DNA of 64,000 nucleotides. Origin: Actinomycetota bacterium. Lineage in GTDB: Bacteria > Actinomycetota > UBA4738 > HRBIN12. Of this stretch, positions 37,380 through 45,965 are shown one piece after another. The notes beneath the pieces are model-generated. The model searched no databases. It was not told the origin of the DNA and saw only the letters and a list, made by a program, of their open reading frames with translations. The DNA is taken from the NCBI GenBank assembly GCA_039933515.1, contig JBDTNY010000127.1:7160-71159 (forward strand). The letters run 5' to 3'. Made by a program: the position numbers and the translations under genes. Position 1 is the stretch's first letter; every line of letters begins with the position of its first letter.

Positions 37380-37401
37380 AGATGAACGGAAGATGAACGT
37401 C
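37380..37401 (-). promoter_or_regulatory. candidate PHO box: two direct repeat units GTTCATC with 11-bp periodicity in the pstS/sensor-kinase divergent promoter
   Basis: Plus strand AGATGAACGGAAGATGAACGT. Read on the pstS strand it is ACGTTCATCTTCCGTTCATCT, two GTTCATC units 11 bp apart, 70-90 nt upstream of pstS. It matches the actinobacterial PhoP/RegX3-type repeat GTTCACC. Confidence 0.4.
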
Positions 37402-37471
37402 CCGCGCCGGCATCGCGTCGAAACGCTGGCGCGTGGACCTCCCCGTGAGCACCGGCTTCTAGACTGCGGGC

Positions 37472-38626
37472 ATGGACCCGGGCGGTGTCGTCATGAGCGT
37501 GGTCGCCGCCGCAGCGGCGCTGGGCGCCGGCGTGGCGCTCGGCCGGAGATCGCACGCCGCCGAGATGCGGCGCGCCCAAGAGGGGATGAAGAGCGCGCAG
37601 GACGCGCTCGATCGCGGGGCGTCCTCGGCGCGTCAAGTTCGCCGGGTCCAGGATCTGATCCTCGGCACGATGCAGGAGGGTGTCCTCCTCCTCGATGGCG
37701 GATGGCGAACCGAGTTCGCGAACGACGCGCTCGAGCGTCACCTCGGGAACCGACCCGCGGCCTTGGCCCAGATTTTCCCTCTCGGGGCACGCGAAACGGT
37801 CCGTGCGGCCGCCGAAGAACGGCGACCCGTGACGATCGAAATTGAGGTCGGCACGCCCACCCGGTGGCTCCGCGTCGTCGCCACGCCGGCCGGCGACGAC
37901 GGTTCCGTGCTCGTGGTGGTCACCGACGTGACCGAGTCGCGCCGCATCGACTCCGTCCGCAGGGACTTCGTCGCCAACGCGTCCCATGAACTCAAGACCC
38001 CCGCCGCCGCGATCCAAGCCGCGGCCGAAACCCTCCGTGACGCCGCCGCGGACGACCCTGAGGCGGTGGTGCGCTTCGCCGCCCAGCTCGAACGCGATGC
38101 CCTGCGGCTCTCCAGGATCGTGATGGATCTGCTCGACCTGTCGCGCCTCGAGGCCGAGACCGACGGCCACGGGACCGTGGATCTCGCGGCCCTCATCGAC
38201 GAAGAGACCGAGCGTGCGGCGCCGGCATCGAACGAAGCGGGAGTGATCCTCGAGATCGCCCCGCACCCGCCGGCCATCGTGGGAGGGTCTGCCCGCGATC
38301 TCGCGCTACTGATCCGCAACCTGATCGACAACGCGATCCGCTACACGGCAGAGGGCGGAACGGTGCGCGTCTCCCTCACGACCACCGAGCGCGATGCCGT
38401 GCTGAGCGTGCGGGACACGGGGGTCGGCATCCCCACCAAGGACCTGCCGCGGATCTTCGAGCGCTTCTACCGGGTCGACCGTGCCCGGTCACGGGAGACC
38501 GGTGGAACCGGGCTGGGGCTCGCGATCGTGAAGCACGTCGCCGAGAACGTCGGAGCGCACCTCGCCGTCGAGAGCGAGCTGGGGGTTGGCTCGACCTTCT
38601 TGGTACGCGTGCCGCTCGCCGTCTGA
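37472..38626 (+). CDS. sensor histidine kinase (SenX3/PhoR-like, PAS plus HisKA/HATPase)
   Basis: PAS-like segment, H-box FVANASHELKTPAAAI, N box LIRNLIDNAIRYT, G boxes DTGVGIP and GGTGLGLAIV. Confidence 0.8.
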   Translation: MDPGGVVMSVVAAAAALGAGVALGRRSHAAEMRRAQEGMKSAQDALDRGASSARQVRRVQDLILGTMQEGVLLLDGGWRTEFANDALERHLGNRPAALAQIFPLGARETVRAAAEERRPVTIEIEVGTPTRWLRVVATPAGDDGSVLVVVTDVTESRRIDSVRRDFVANASHELKTPAAAIQAAAETLRDAAADDPEAVVRFAAQLERDALRLSRIVMDLLDLSRLEAETDGHGTVDLAALIDEETERAAPASNEAGVILEIAPHPPAIVGGSARDLALLIRNLIDNAIRYTAEGGTVRVSLTTTERDAVLSVRDTGVGIPTKDLPRIFERFYRVDRARSRETGGTGLGLAIVKHVAENVGAHLAVESELGVGSTFLVRVPLAV

Positions 38627-38644
38627 GCGGTTCTGCGCGCGGCT

Positions 38645-39352
38645 ATGCTCCCTTTCCGGATGACCACCCTCTTCCTGATCCGTCACGGCCTCACCGGGCT
38701 CACCGGCACCCGCCTGTACGGGCGCACCCCCGGCATCGACCTGGATGACCGAGGCCGTGCGCAGGCGGAAGCGCTGGCAGCTCGGTTCGAGCCGATAAGG
38801 CTCGCCGCGATCTACTCGAGCCCGCTCGAGCGATGCGTGCAGACCGTCGAACCCCTCGCCGCCCGTAAGCGGCTCGAGGTGCGCCCGTGCGACGCGCTGA
38901 TCGAGATGGACGCCGGGCGATGGACGAATCGCACGCTCACCTCCCTCCGGAGGGCCCGCGACTGGACGACGGTCCAGCGCACGCCATCGCTGTTCCGGTT
39001 CCCCGAAGGGGAGGCGTTCACCGAGGCGCACGAGCGGATCGTGGGCGAGGTGCAGCGCATCGCGGCCCGCCACCCGAAGGGCAACGTGGCGGTCGCGAGC
39101 CACGGCGACCTCGTGCGGATCCTGGTCGCGCACTACAGCGGTGCGCATCTCGACCATTTCCAACGCACGTCGATCGACGCGGCCTCGGTCTCTGTGATCC
39201 AGCTCGGCGGCGGGATCCCGCGCATCCTGCTCGTGAACGATACGGGTGGGCTCGAGCGGTTCGCCCCGACGCCGCGCGCCGCCGGGGCGAAGCGTTCCCC
39301 CGGGACGAGGCCCGCGACGAAGACGTCGTCGCGCCGGAACCTGCGAGGATAG
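38645..39352 (+). CDS. histidine phosphatase family protein (phosphoglycerate-mutase-like)
   Basis: RHG motif at the N-terminus (LFLIRHGLTGLTG) and ASHGDLVRIL. Confidence 0.65.
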   Translation: MLPFRMTTLFLIRHGLTGLTGTRLYGRTPGIDLDDRGRAQAEALAARFEPIRLAAIYSSPLERCVQTVEPLAARKRLEVRPCDALIEMDAGRWTNRTLTSLRRARDWTTVQRTPSLFRFPEGEAFTEAHERIVGEVQRIAARHPKGNVAVASHGDLVRILVAHYSGAHLDHFQRTSIDAASVSVIQLGGGIPRILLVNDTGGLERFAPTPRAAGAKRSPGTRPATKTSSRRNLRG

Positions 39353-39357
39353 CTCGC

Positions 39358-39879
39358 ATGGATTTCGGGCCCGTGGACCGCATCACCGCCGACGCGATCG
39401 GCGAGCCGGGCGCTCGCGTGTTCTACCTGCAGGCGCGCACCGGCAACGCGCTGATCTCGATCGTGGTGGAGAAGCAGCAGATCCAGCTGCTGGCGGCATC
39501 GATCATCGCGCTGCTCGCCACGCTCGAGCTCGAGACCGGCGTCGGCCCGCCCGATGCGGAGCTCGCGATCGAAGAACCGGTCGAGCCACGGTTCCGCGCG
39601 GGCAAGCTCACGATCGGGTTCGACGAGGACCGCGACATGTTCTTGCTCGAGGCCGAGGAGTTTCGGCCCGAGGTCGAGGACGACGATCCACGGTCGCTCC
39701 TGGTCGACGAGCCGGAAGTGGTCCGGATCTGGGCCACTCGCGAGCAGATGTTCGCGTGCTCGCGGTACGGGGCGTCGGTCGCCGATCGCGGACGGCCGGC
39801 CTGTCAGTTCTGCGGCAACCCGCTCGACCCGGAAGGGCACGCGTGTCCAGCGATGAACGGGCACTCCGCGCGGGACTGA
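39358..39879 (+). CDS. DUF3090-family protein
   Basis: MDFGPVDRITADAIGEPGARVFYLQA... with C-terminal CQFCGNPLDPEGHAC. Track ORF 38887 is extended. ATG at 39358 is preceded by GAGGAT. Confidence 0.6.
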   Translation: MDFGPVDRITADAIGEPGARVFYLQARTGNALISIVVEKQQIQLLAASIIALLATLELETGVGPPDAELAIEEPVEPRFRAGKLTIGFDEDRDMFLLEAEEFRPEVEDDDPRSLLVDEPEVVRIWATREQMFACSRYGASVADRGRPACQFCGNPLDPEGHACPAMNGHSARD

Positions 39880-39902
39880 GCGACCCCGCGGTCCCGGCGG
39901 CG

Positions 39903-40589
39903 ATGGCCACCGGGGACCTCGAGATCCTCGGACTCCTTCCGCGGTCCTCGAACTACACGTTCCTCGCCCGCGCCGGTGAGGGCGACGACGCCGTGCTCGT
40001 CGTGTACAAGCCGCGGCGCGGCGAGATCCCGCTGTGGGACTTCCCCGAAGGCACCCTGTGCCGGCGCGAGGTGGCGGCCTACGTCGTGGCGCGGGAGCTC
40101 GGGTGGCCGAACGTCCCCCCGACGATCCTCCGGGACGGACCCGAGGGCATCGGCTCGGTCCAGCGGTTCATGGCCTTCGATCCCGAGGCGCACTACTTCA
40201 CGCTCGAACCAGAGCGCAGCGACGACTTCCGCCGGGTCGCGCTCTTCGACCTGGTGATCAACAACGCCGACCGCAAAGGCGGCCACTGCCTGCTCGGGGA
40301 AGACGGCACGATCTGGGTGATCGACCACGGAGTGTGCTTCAGCGATGAGCCCCACAAGCTCAGGACGGTGATCTGGGAGCACATCGGCGAACCGATAGCG
40401 TCCGCACTGCTCGAGGACCTCCGCCGGTTCCGCGACGAGCTCGACGGAGGTGCAGTTGCGGCCGAGCTCGACGACCTGCTCGACCAGGAGGAGATCACGG
40501 CGATGCGCGATCGCGCCGCCGCCGTCCTCGCCGAGGGCCGGTTCCCCGAGCCGGGGCCGGGGAGACCGTACCCGTGGCCGCCCGTGTGA
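39903..40589 (+). CDS. SCO1664-family protein (PI3/4-kinase-like fold, TIGR03843-like)
   Basis: LEILGLLPRSSNYTF..VYKPRRGEIPLWDFPEGTL..NNADRKGGHCL..IDHGVCF. Conserved partner of DUF3090 in Actinobacteria. Confidence 0.6.
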   Translation: MATGDLEILGLLPRSSNYTFLARAGEGDDAVLVVYKPRRGEIPLWDFPEGTLCRREVAAYVVARELGWPNVPPTILRDGPEGIGSVQRFMAFDPEAHYFTLEPERSDDFRRVALFDLVINNADRKGGHCLLGEDGTIWVIDHGVCFSDEPHKLRTVIWEHIGEPIASALLEDLRRFRDELDGGAVAAELDDLLDQEEITAMRDRAAAVLAEGRFPEPGPGRPYPWPPV

Positions 40590-41161
40590 GCGCCGCTCTC
40601 GTGACGGCCGCGACCCCGATCGGGGCCTTCACCGCGGTGGTCACGGATCGCGGTGTCGCGGCGACCTGGTTCCACGGTGACGACATCTCGACAGCGGGGA
40701 CGCACGCAGAAGCCGCGCTCGCGGAGGCGGAAGCGATGCTGGGCCAGCGCGTCAACCCCGCGCCCCGCGGCCTCGCGTCCGTCCGGCGCGAGGTCGAGGG
40801 CTACTTCGCAGGGACATGCCGCACCTTCGAAACTCCGGTCGACCTCGCGCTCGGTCCGGGGGGATTCGGGCGGCGCGTCCTGGCGATCACCGCCTCGATC
40901 CCCTACGGCGAGCTCTGGACCTACGGCGATGTGGCCCAGATGGCGGGGAGCTCCCGGGGCGGCCGGGCGGCGGGCAACGCGCTCAACCGCTGCCGGATCG
41001 AGCTGTTCGTGCCGTGCCACCGCGTGGTGCACGCGGGCGGGACGATCGGCGGCTACGGTCGCCACACAGACCGCAAACGGTTCCTGATCGCACTGGAGCG
41101 TGGGGCCGTGGATCATGCAGGAGATCCCACCCGAGGTCGTTCACCCCGCCGCGCGAGATAG
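40574..41161 (+). CDS. ogt: methylated-DNA--protein-cysteine methyltransferase
   Basis: Active-site PCHRVV and the HTH-like IPYGELWTYGDVA segment. Start is GTG at 40574 or 40601. Confidence 0.8.
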   Translation: MAARVSAALVTAATPIGAFTAVVTDRGVAATWFHGDDISTAGTHAEAALAEAEAMLGQRVNPAPRGLASVRREVEGYFAGTCRTFETPVDLALGPGGFGRRVLAITASIPYGELWTYGDVAQMAGSSRGGRAAGNALNRCRIELFVPCHRVVHAGGTIGGYGRHTDRKRFLIALERGAVDHAGDPTRGRSPRRAR

Positions 41162-41168
41162 TGGGGGC

Positions 41169-42161
41169 ATGATTCGTTCCTCGGTCCGATGCACCGCGTC
41201 CCTGGTCGCCCTCGCTCTGCTCGGCGCCGCATGCTCCTCGGACGGATCCTCGACGAGCGGGACATCCAGCGCGTCCGGAACGGCCTCGAACCTGGCGGCG
41301 CAGGTGGCGAGCCCCGATCTCTTCGTCGGTGCTCCACAGGACTTCGAGCTGGGGATCTTCGCCTCCGATGACTCCGGCGTGAAGCTCGTGAGCTTCGGAA
41401 GCGTGACCCTGACGTTCTCCTACCTCGGCGTTGATGGTTCGGCCGCCGCACGCGGCGGCGTGCCCGACGGCACGTTCTCGGCCACGTATGTCCCTGCCCC
41501 GGGAACCGGCGAGGGACAAGACCCCGGTGTCCCGTCGCTCACCGCCCCCGCCGATGCCCGCGGCGTCTACGTGAACCAAGATGTGCGCTTCGCCGAGCCA
41601 GGCGTGTACGAAGCCCGGGTGGCGGCCGACATCGACGGGATCGGAGCGCAGACGCTCACCGCGACGTTCCAGGTGCGCCCCGAGCCGTCGCTTCCGGCTC
41701 CGGGCGACCGCGCGCTGAAGACGAAGAACCACGTGATCGGCGACAAGGGCATCGAGCCCGTCGCGATCGACTCGCAGGCCCAGGACGGCTCATCGATCCC
41801 CGACCCCGAGCTCCACCGAACGACGATCGCGCAGGCGATCGCGGCCGGCACCCCGGCGTTGGTGCTCTTCGCGACGCCAGTCTACTGCCAGAGCCTGTTC
41901 TGCGGCCCAACGCTGGAGGCGATGCAGGCGCTCGCGGCCGACCACGCCGGGCAGGCCGCGTTCATCCACGTCGAGATCTGGAGGGACTACGACAAGAGCA
42001 TCGTGAACGAAGCGGCGGCCGATTGGCTGCTCCGCGACGGTGATCTCACCGAGCCCTGGCTTTACCTGATCGGCGGCGACGGCACGATTTTCCACCGGTG
42101 GGGACCGCTGTTCGACCCGAGTGAGGTCGCCGCCGCGCTCGATGCCCTGCCGACCGACTGA
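41169..42161 (+). CDS. lipoprotein with C-terminal thioredoxin-like/TlpA-like region
   Basis: Lipobox LALLGAACSS after the ATG at 41169. C-terminal LVLFATPVYCQSLFCGP. The track start 41100 lies upstream in Ogt-overlapping sequence. Confidence 0.45.
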   Translation: MIRSSVRCTASLVALALLGAACSSDGSSTSGTSSASGTASNLAAQVASPDLFVGAPQDFELGIFASDDSGVKLVSFGSVTLTFSYLGVDGSAAARGGVPDGTFSATYVPAPGTGEGQDPGVPSLTAPADARGVYVNQDVRFAEPGVYEARVAADIDGIGAQTLTATFQVRPEPSLPAPGDRALKTKNHVIGDKGIEPVAIDSQAQDGSSIPDPELHRTTIAQAIAAGTPALVLFATPVYCQSLFCGPTLEAMQALAADHAGQAAFIHVEIWRDYDKSIVNEAAADWLLRDGDLTEPWLYLIGGDGTIFHRWGPLFDPSEVAAALDALPTD

Positions 42162-42185
42162 CGCTCGCGGCAGCGTGGCCCCGGA

Positions 42186-43037
42186 TCAGCGCTCGAGCTC
42201 GACCGTCGTGGCGATGCCCAGGTGCAGCGCGAGCGACGTGAGAAGAGCCCAGAGCATCAGGGCAACCACCGACAGGAGCGGACCGTAGGTCTGGCTCGCC
42301 GAGCTCGACACCGCGAAGTAGACGCCCAGGAGTCCAGTGAAGACCACCCACAGGACCAGGGCCACGGCCGTGCCAATCATCAGGTGTCTCGTCGATCCGA
42401 GGCGACCCAACGGTGCCGCCCGCAGGAGGAGCAGGAGCCCCGCGCCCACGATCACCAGGCCGAGCGGCCAGCGCACGACGTCCCAGGCCACCGCCCCGGC
42501 ACCCGCGAGTCCCAGGGCGTCGGGGATCGCCGCTCCTGCCCCGATCATGAGCCCGCCCGTCGCGAGCAAGGCCCCGACCGGGATCGCGAGCACGAACGCG
42601 AGCGCGTACCTGCGCGCGGTCGGCCGGTCGGTATCGATCCCTTTGATGCGGTCGGCGCTGCGCTCCACCTGCGCGACCGCGAACATCCCGGTGATCAGGG
42701 CCGCGGCCAAGCCGAGCACCACGGCGGTCGTCCCATTCGTCGCCCCCTGTGCCGCGGCCTCCTGAAGAAGCTTTCCGGATGGGCCCGGAGCCACGCTCGA
42801 CACGATGTGCTGGACGACGCTGCGGACCTCGCGGACGTGGAGCAGGCTCGAGATGCCGACGATCGCGATGAAGCCAGCGATCACGGCGAGCACCGACTGG
42901 TAGGCGAGGGCACGAGCGTGGCTCGTGCCATCGGCCGCGCGGAACCGGCGGATCACGTCGGCCACGAGGTTTCTGGCGCTCCGGGGAGCGGATGCGAGGT
43001 CGGGGGTCGTCCGATGAGTGCTCAGTGAGGTGTCCAT
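42186..43037 (-). CDS. YihY/BrkB-family membrane protein
   Basis: 283 aa, 6 TM (ALAYQSVLAVIAGFIAIVGI, RSADRI). ATG at 43037 is preceded by GGAAGGA. Confidence 0.65.
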   Translation of the reverse strand: MDTSLSTHRTTPDLASAPRSARNLVADVIRRFRAADGTSHARALAYQSVLAVIAGFIAIVGISSLLHVREVRSVVQHIVSSVAPGPSGKLLQEAAAQGATNGTTAVVLGLAAALITGMFAVAQVERSADRIKGIDTDRPTARRYALAFVLAIPVGALLATGGLMIGAGAAIPDALGLAGAGAVAWDVVRWPLGLVIVGAGLLLLLRAAPLGRLGSTRHLMIGTAVALVLWVVFTGLLGVYFAVSSSASQTYGPLLSVVALMLWALLTSLALHLGIATTVELER

Positions 43038-43088
43038 GGCGCCATCCTTCCCCCGGAACCCTGGCGGGCAAACGCACGGCTTTCTCGT

Positions 43089-43931
43089 GTGGTGACCGCG
43101 ATCTCGTGGACGATGGTTAGCTGGACGATGTTTAGCGAACGCCTTCATGGTGCACCATTGGGCATGCACACAGACGCGATCGATCCCAGCAGCCCCTCTC
43201 GCCCGGACCGTCACCCGGTGCGCTCCGCGATCGGCGTGGGCGCGGCCGGCTACCTGGTCCTCGCGTCGATCCTCGTCGGCATCGGGCTCTCGCTGACCCA
43301 CGGACTGTTACAGGGACCGCTCGGTCGATGGGACGAGTCAGTCAACGATTGGTTCCTCGCTCAGCGTACGCCCATCCTGAACGACTGGTCCCACGCCGGA
43401 TCCTTTATCGCGATGACCGGCACGGTGGTGGCGATCGCGGCCGTAGTCGTCATCGGGCTCGCGCTCCGCCGCCGGTGGCGGGACGCCGGGTTCCTGGTGC
43501 TCGCGCTCACGATCGAGGTGAGCGTCTTCTTGACGACCACCTTCGTGGTGAACCGATCGCGCCCCACGGTCCCCCGGCTCGAGCCCTCGCCCCCGACCTC
43601 GAGCTTCCCCTCGGGCCACACGGCTGCCGCCGTCGCGCTCTACGTGGGGCTGGCATTGTTGCTGAGTCCTCATCTGCGCCCCGCCCTCAAGGTGCTGCTC
43701 TGGATCGTCGCGGTCGCGATCCCCGTGGGCGTGGCCCTGGCGCGCGTCTACGCGGGCATGCACCACGTGACCGACGTCATCGCCGGCGGGCTGCTCGGGC
43801 TCGGCGCACTCGTGGTCGCGACCTACGCGGCAGGCAAGAGAGCGGAGCAACCAGACGACGGGGAGCGCGAGCTCGCGGCCATCGGCACCGGCAGGTCGGC
43901 CGAGTCGGTCGCACCCGGGGCTGCGTCGTGA
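43089..43931 (+). CDS. PAP2-superfamily phosphatase (phosphatidic acid phosphatase type 2-like)
   Basis: PAP2 motifs KxxxxxxRP-like (NRSRPTVP), PSGH (SFPSGHTAAAV) and SRxxxxxHxxxD (ARVYAGMHHVTDV). Possible later start at ATG 43164. Confidence 0.7.
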   Translation: MVTAISWTMVSWTMFSERLHGAPLGMHTDAIDPSSPSRPDRHPVRSAIGVGAAGYLVLASILVGIGLSLTHGLLQGPLGRWDESVNDWFLAQRTPILNDWSHAGSFIAMTGTVVAIAAVVVIGLALRRRWRDAGFLVLALTIEVSVFLTTTFVVNRSRPTVPRLEPSPPTSSFPSGHTAAAVALYVGLALLLSPHLRPALKVLLWIVAVAIPVGVALARVYAGMHHVTDVIAGGLLGLGALVVATYAAGKRAEQPDDGERELAAIGTGRSAESVAPGAAS

Positions 43932-44827
43932 CCACAGTCGGGGTCATCGTCCACACCGGCAAGACCCTCGGAGGCGGGCCCGCCGAGCTCCGCCGAGCCC
44001 TCGCAGCGCACGGCGTCACCGACCCGCTCTGGGCCGAGGTACCGAAGAGCAAGAAGGCGCCCGCTCGCGTGAAGAAGCTTGTGGACCGCGGCGCCGACCT
44101 GGTGTTCGTCTGGGGAGGCGATGGGATGGTGCAGCGATGCATCGACACCTTGGCGGGCTCCGACATCACGATCGCCGTCGTGCCGGCGGGCACGGCCAAC
44201 CTGCTCGCGACGAACCTCGGGATCCCCCAGGACATCGAACAGGCCGTGGTGGTGGGGCTCCATGGCGAACGCCGCTCGATCGACGTCGGCCGCATCAACG
44301 GCGAGCGATTCGCGGTCATGGCCGGCACAGGGCTCGATGCCTTCATGATCCGCGACGCCGACGCGGGCATGAAGGACAAGATCGGCAGCCTCGCCTACGT
44401 GATCAGCAGCGCGAAGCATCTGCGGGAGCGTCAGATGCGCGCACGGATCGAGGTCGACGGCCTCCGCTGGTACAAAGGGAAGGCCAGCTGCGTGCTGTTC
44501 GGCAACGTCGGCCAGATCCTGGGAGGCATCCGCGCCTTCGAAGATGCGAGCCCCGACGACGGACGGCTCGAGATCGGCGTCGTAACCGCCAAGGGGATCG
44601 TCGAGTGGGCGAGGACGATGGGACGGACCGCGGTGGGGCAGACCGAGCGGTCGCCCTTCGTGCACAGCACGACCGGCCGCACGATCAAGGTCAAGCTCGA
44701 CCGTAAGACCCCGTACGAGCTCGACGGCGGCGACCGGCCGGCCGTGCGCAAGCTTAAGGTGAAGATCGAGCCGGGAGCGATCACGATCTGCGTTCCTGGA
44801 CCGGGAACCGCGATGACCGCGCATTGA
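43928..44827 (+). CDS. diacylglycerol-kinase-family lipid kinase (DAGK_cat, YegS-like)
   Basis: GVIVHTGKT, VFVWGGDGMVQ, VVPAGTANLLATNLGIP. GTG start overlaps the PAP2 stop (GTGA). Confidence 0.7.
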   Translation: MTTVGVIVHTGKTLGGGPAELRRALAAHGVTDPLWAEVPKSKKAPARVKKLVDRGADLVFVWGGDGMVQRCIDTLAGSDITIAVVPAGTANLLATNLGIPQDIEQAVVVGLHGERRSIDVGRINGERFAVMAGTGLDAFMIRDADAGMKDKIGSLAYVISSAKHLRERQMRARIEVDGLRWYKGKASCVLFGNVGQILGGIRAFEDASPDDGRLEIGVVTAKGIVEWARTMGRTAVGQTERSPFVHSTTGRTIKVKLDRKTPYELDGGDRPAVRKLKVKIEPGAITICVPGPGTAMTAH

Positions 44828-44857
44828 GGAATCGGGTGTCGGCGACCGGGATGTCGG

Positions 44858-45796
44858 CTATCGCGCGAGGTGCATGTGCATCCGCACGATCGAGCCGCCA
44901 GGCGAGGTGCGCACCTGCACAAGATCGCAGAGCTGGTTGACGAGCCACAGGCCGAACCCGGACGTTTGCTCGGAGGTCGGGATCATGCGACCCGCTAGCG
45001 GATCGGCGATCACCCCTGCGTCACGGATCTCGCACCGCACGGCGTCGTCGGCCCGCCATACCCGCACGGTGCCGCGCCCTCCGCCGTGGCGCACGCTGTT
45101 GCTGGCGACCTCGCTTGCCGCGAGCACGAGATCGGCGGTCCTGACGGCGTCGAGCCCTGCAGCCACCGCTTCGCGACGGACCTCCTCACGCACCTGATCG
45201 AGCGAGTCGCGCCCGAAGATCAACACCGGGGCCGGGCCGGGCGGCTCGGGGAGCGGAAGGTCGAACGGGACCGACGGGTCGGGCCTCGCGAACGCCGGAC
45301 TCCCCCGCCCCACACCGTCTTCGACGACGACCGGGTGGTTCCGCTCGGCTTCCCGCACCACCTCCGGCGCGAGCGCGCTGACGTCGTACGGGCAGGCGAG
45401 CTTCCACACGGGACCGTCGACGAACGCCAGGTTGAGCAGTGCCTCGTGACGCTCGCACTCGACGAGCTCGTCGGCGGCACGGCCTACCCAGATCGGTTCG
45501 CCCACCCCGCGGAACCCCCGGCCGGCCTCGACCTGCTCGGCTCGGAACGCGCTCCATGCGGGGATGATGCGCGCGGGATTCCGACCGACCTCAGCCATGT
45601 CGGCGAAGCGAACGAGGCGGGCGTCTTCGCCCAGCTTGTCGCGGAGCAGGTCGGCTTTGGCGGCAGCAACCACGATCAAGATGACCTCGTCGAGGCTGAG
45701 GCCCTCACGGACGAACGCACCGGTGTGTTCGACGAAGCCGTCGTCGCCGTCGTAGAACAACGCTTCGTGCCGAAGTGCGGTCGTGGTGCCGGTCAC
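44858..45796 (-). CDS. MEDS-domain protein with C-terminal anti-sigma-factor-like HATPase (RsbW-like)
   Basis: N-terminal HEALFYDGDDGFVE is MEDS-like. C-terminal SEVASNSVRHG...FGLWLV resembles a GHKL ATPase fold. Confidence 0.5.
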   Translation of the reverse strand: MTGTTTALRHEALFYDGDDGFVEHTGAFVREGLSLDEVILIVVAAAKADLLRDKLGEDARLVRFADMAEVGRNPARIIPAWSAFRAEQVEAGRGFRGVGEPIWVGRAADELVECERHEALLNLAFVDGPVWKLACPYDVSALAPEVVREAERNHPVVVEDGVGRGSPAFARPDPSVPFDLPLPEPPGPAPVLIFGRDSLDQVREEVRREAVAAGLDAVRTADLVLAASEVASNSVRHGGGRGTVRVWRADDAVRCEIRDAGVIADPLAGRMIPTSEQTSGFGLWLVNQLCDLVQVRTSPGGSIVRMHMHLAR

Positions 45797-45965
45797 GCTG
45801 CAACTCCTCGCCGGTTCGGTAGACGATAGCCCCGAACCGAGTGACCCCGGGGGAACCTTTCCCCGTGTCTACCCCGGCGCATCCTCCGCAAACATCCGAA
45901 GCGATCGGCGATCCGGATGGTGCGTGCCTCCCATCGCCCGGGCGGCTCGCCCGTACGATGGTCCG

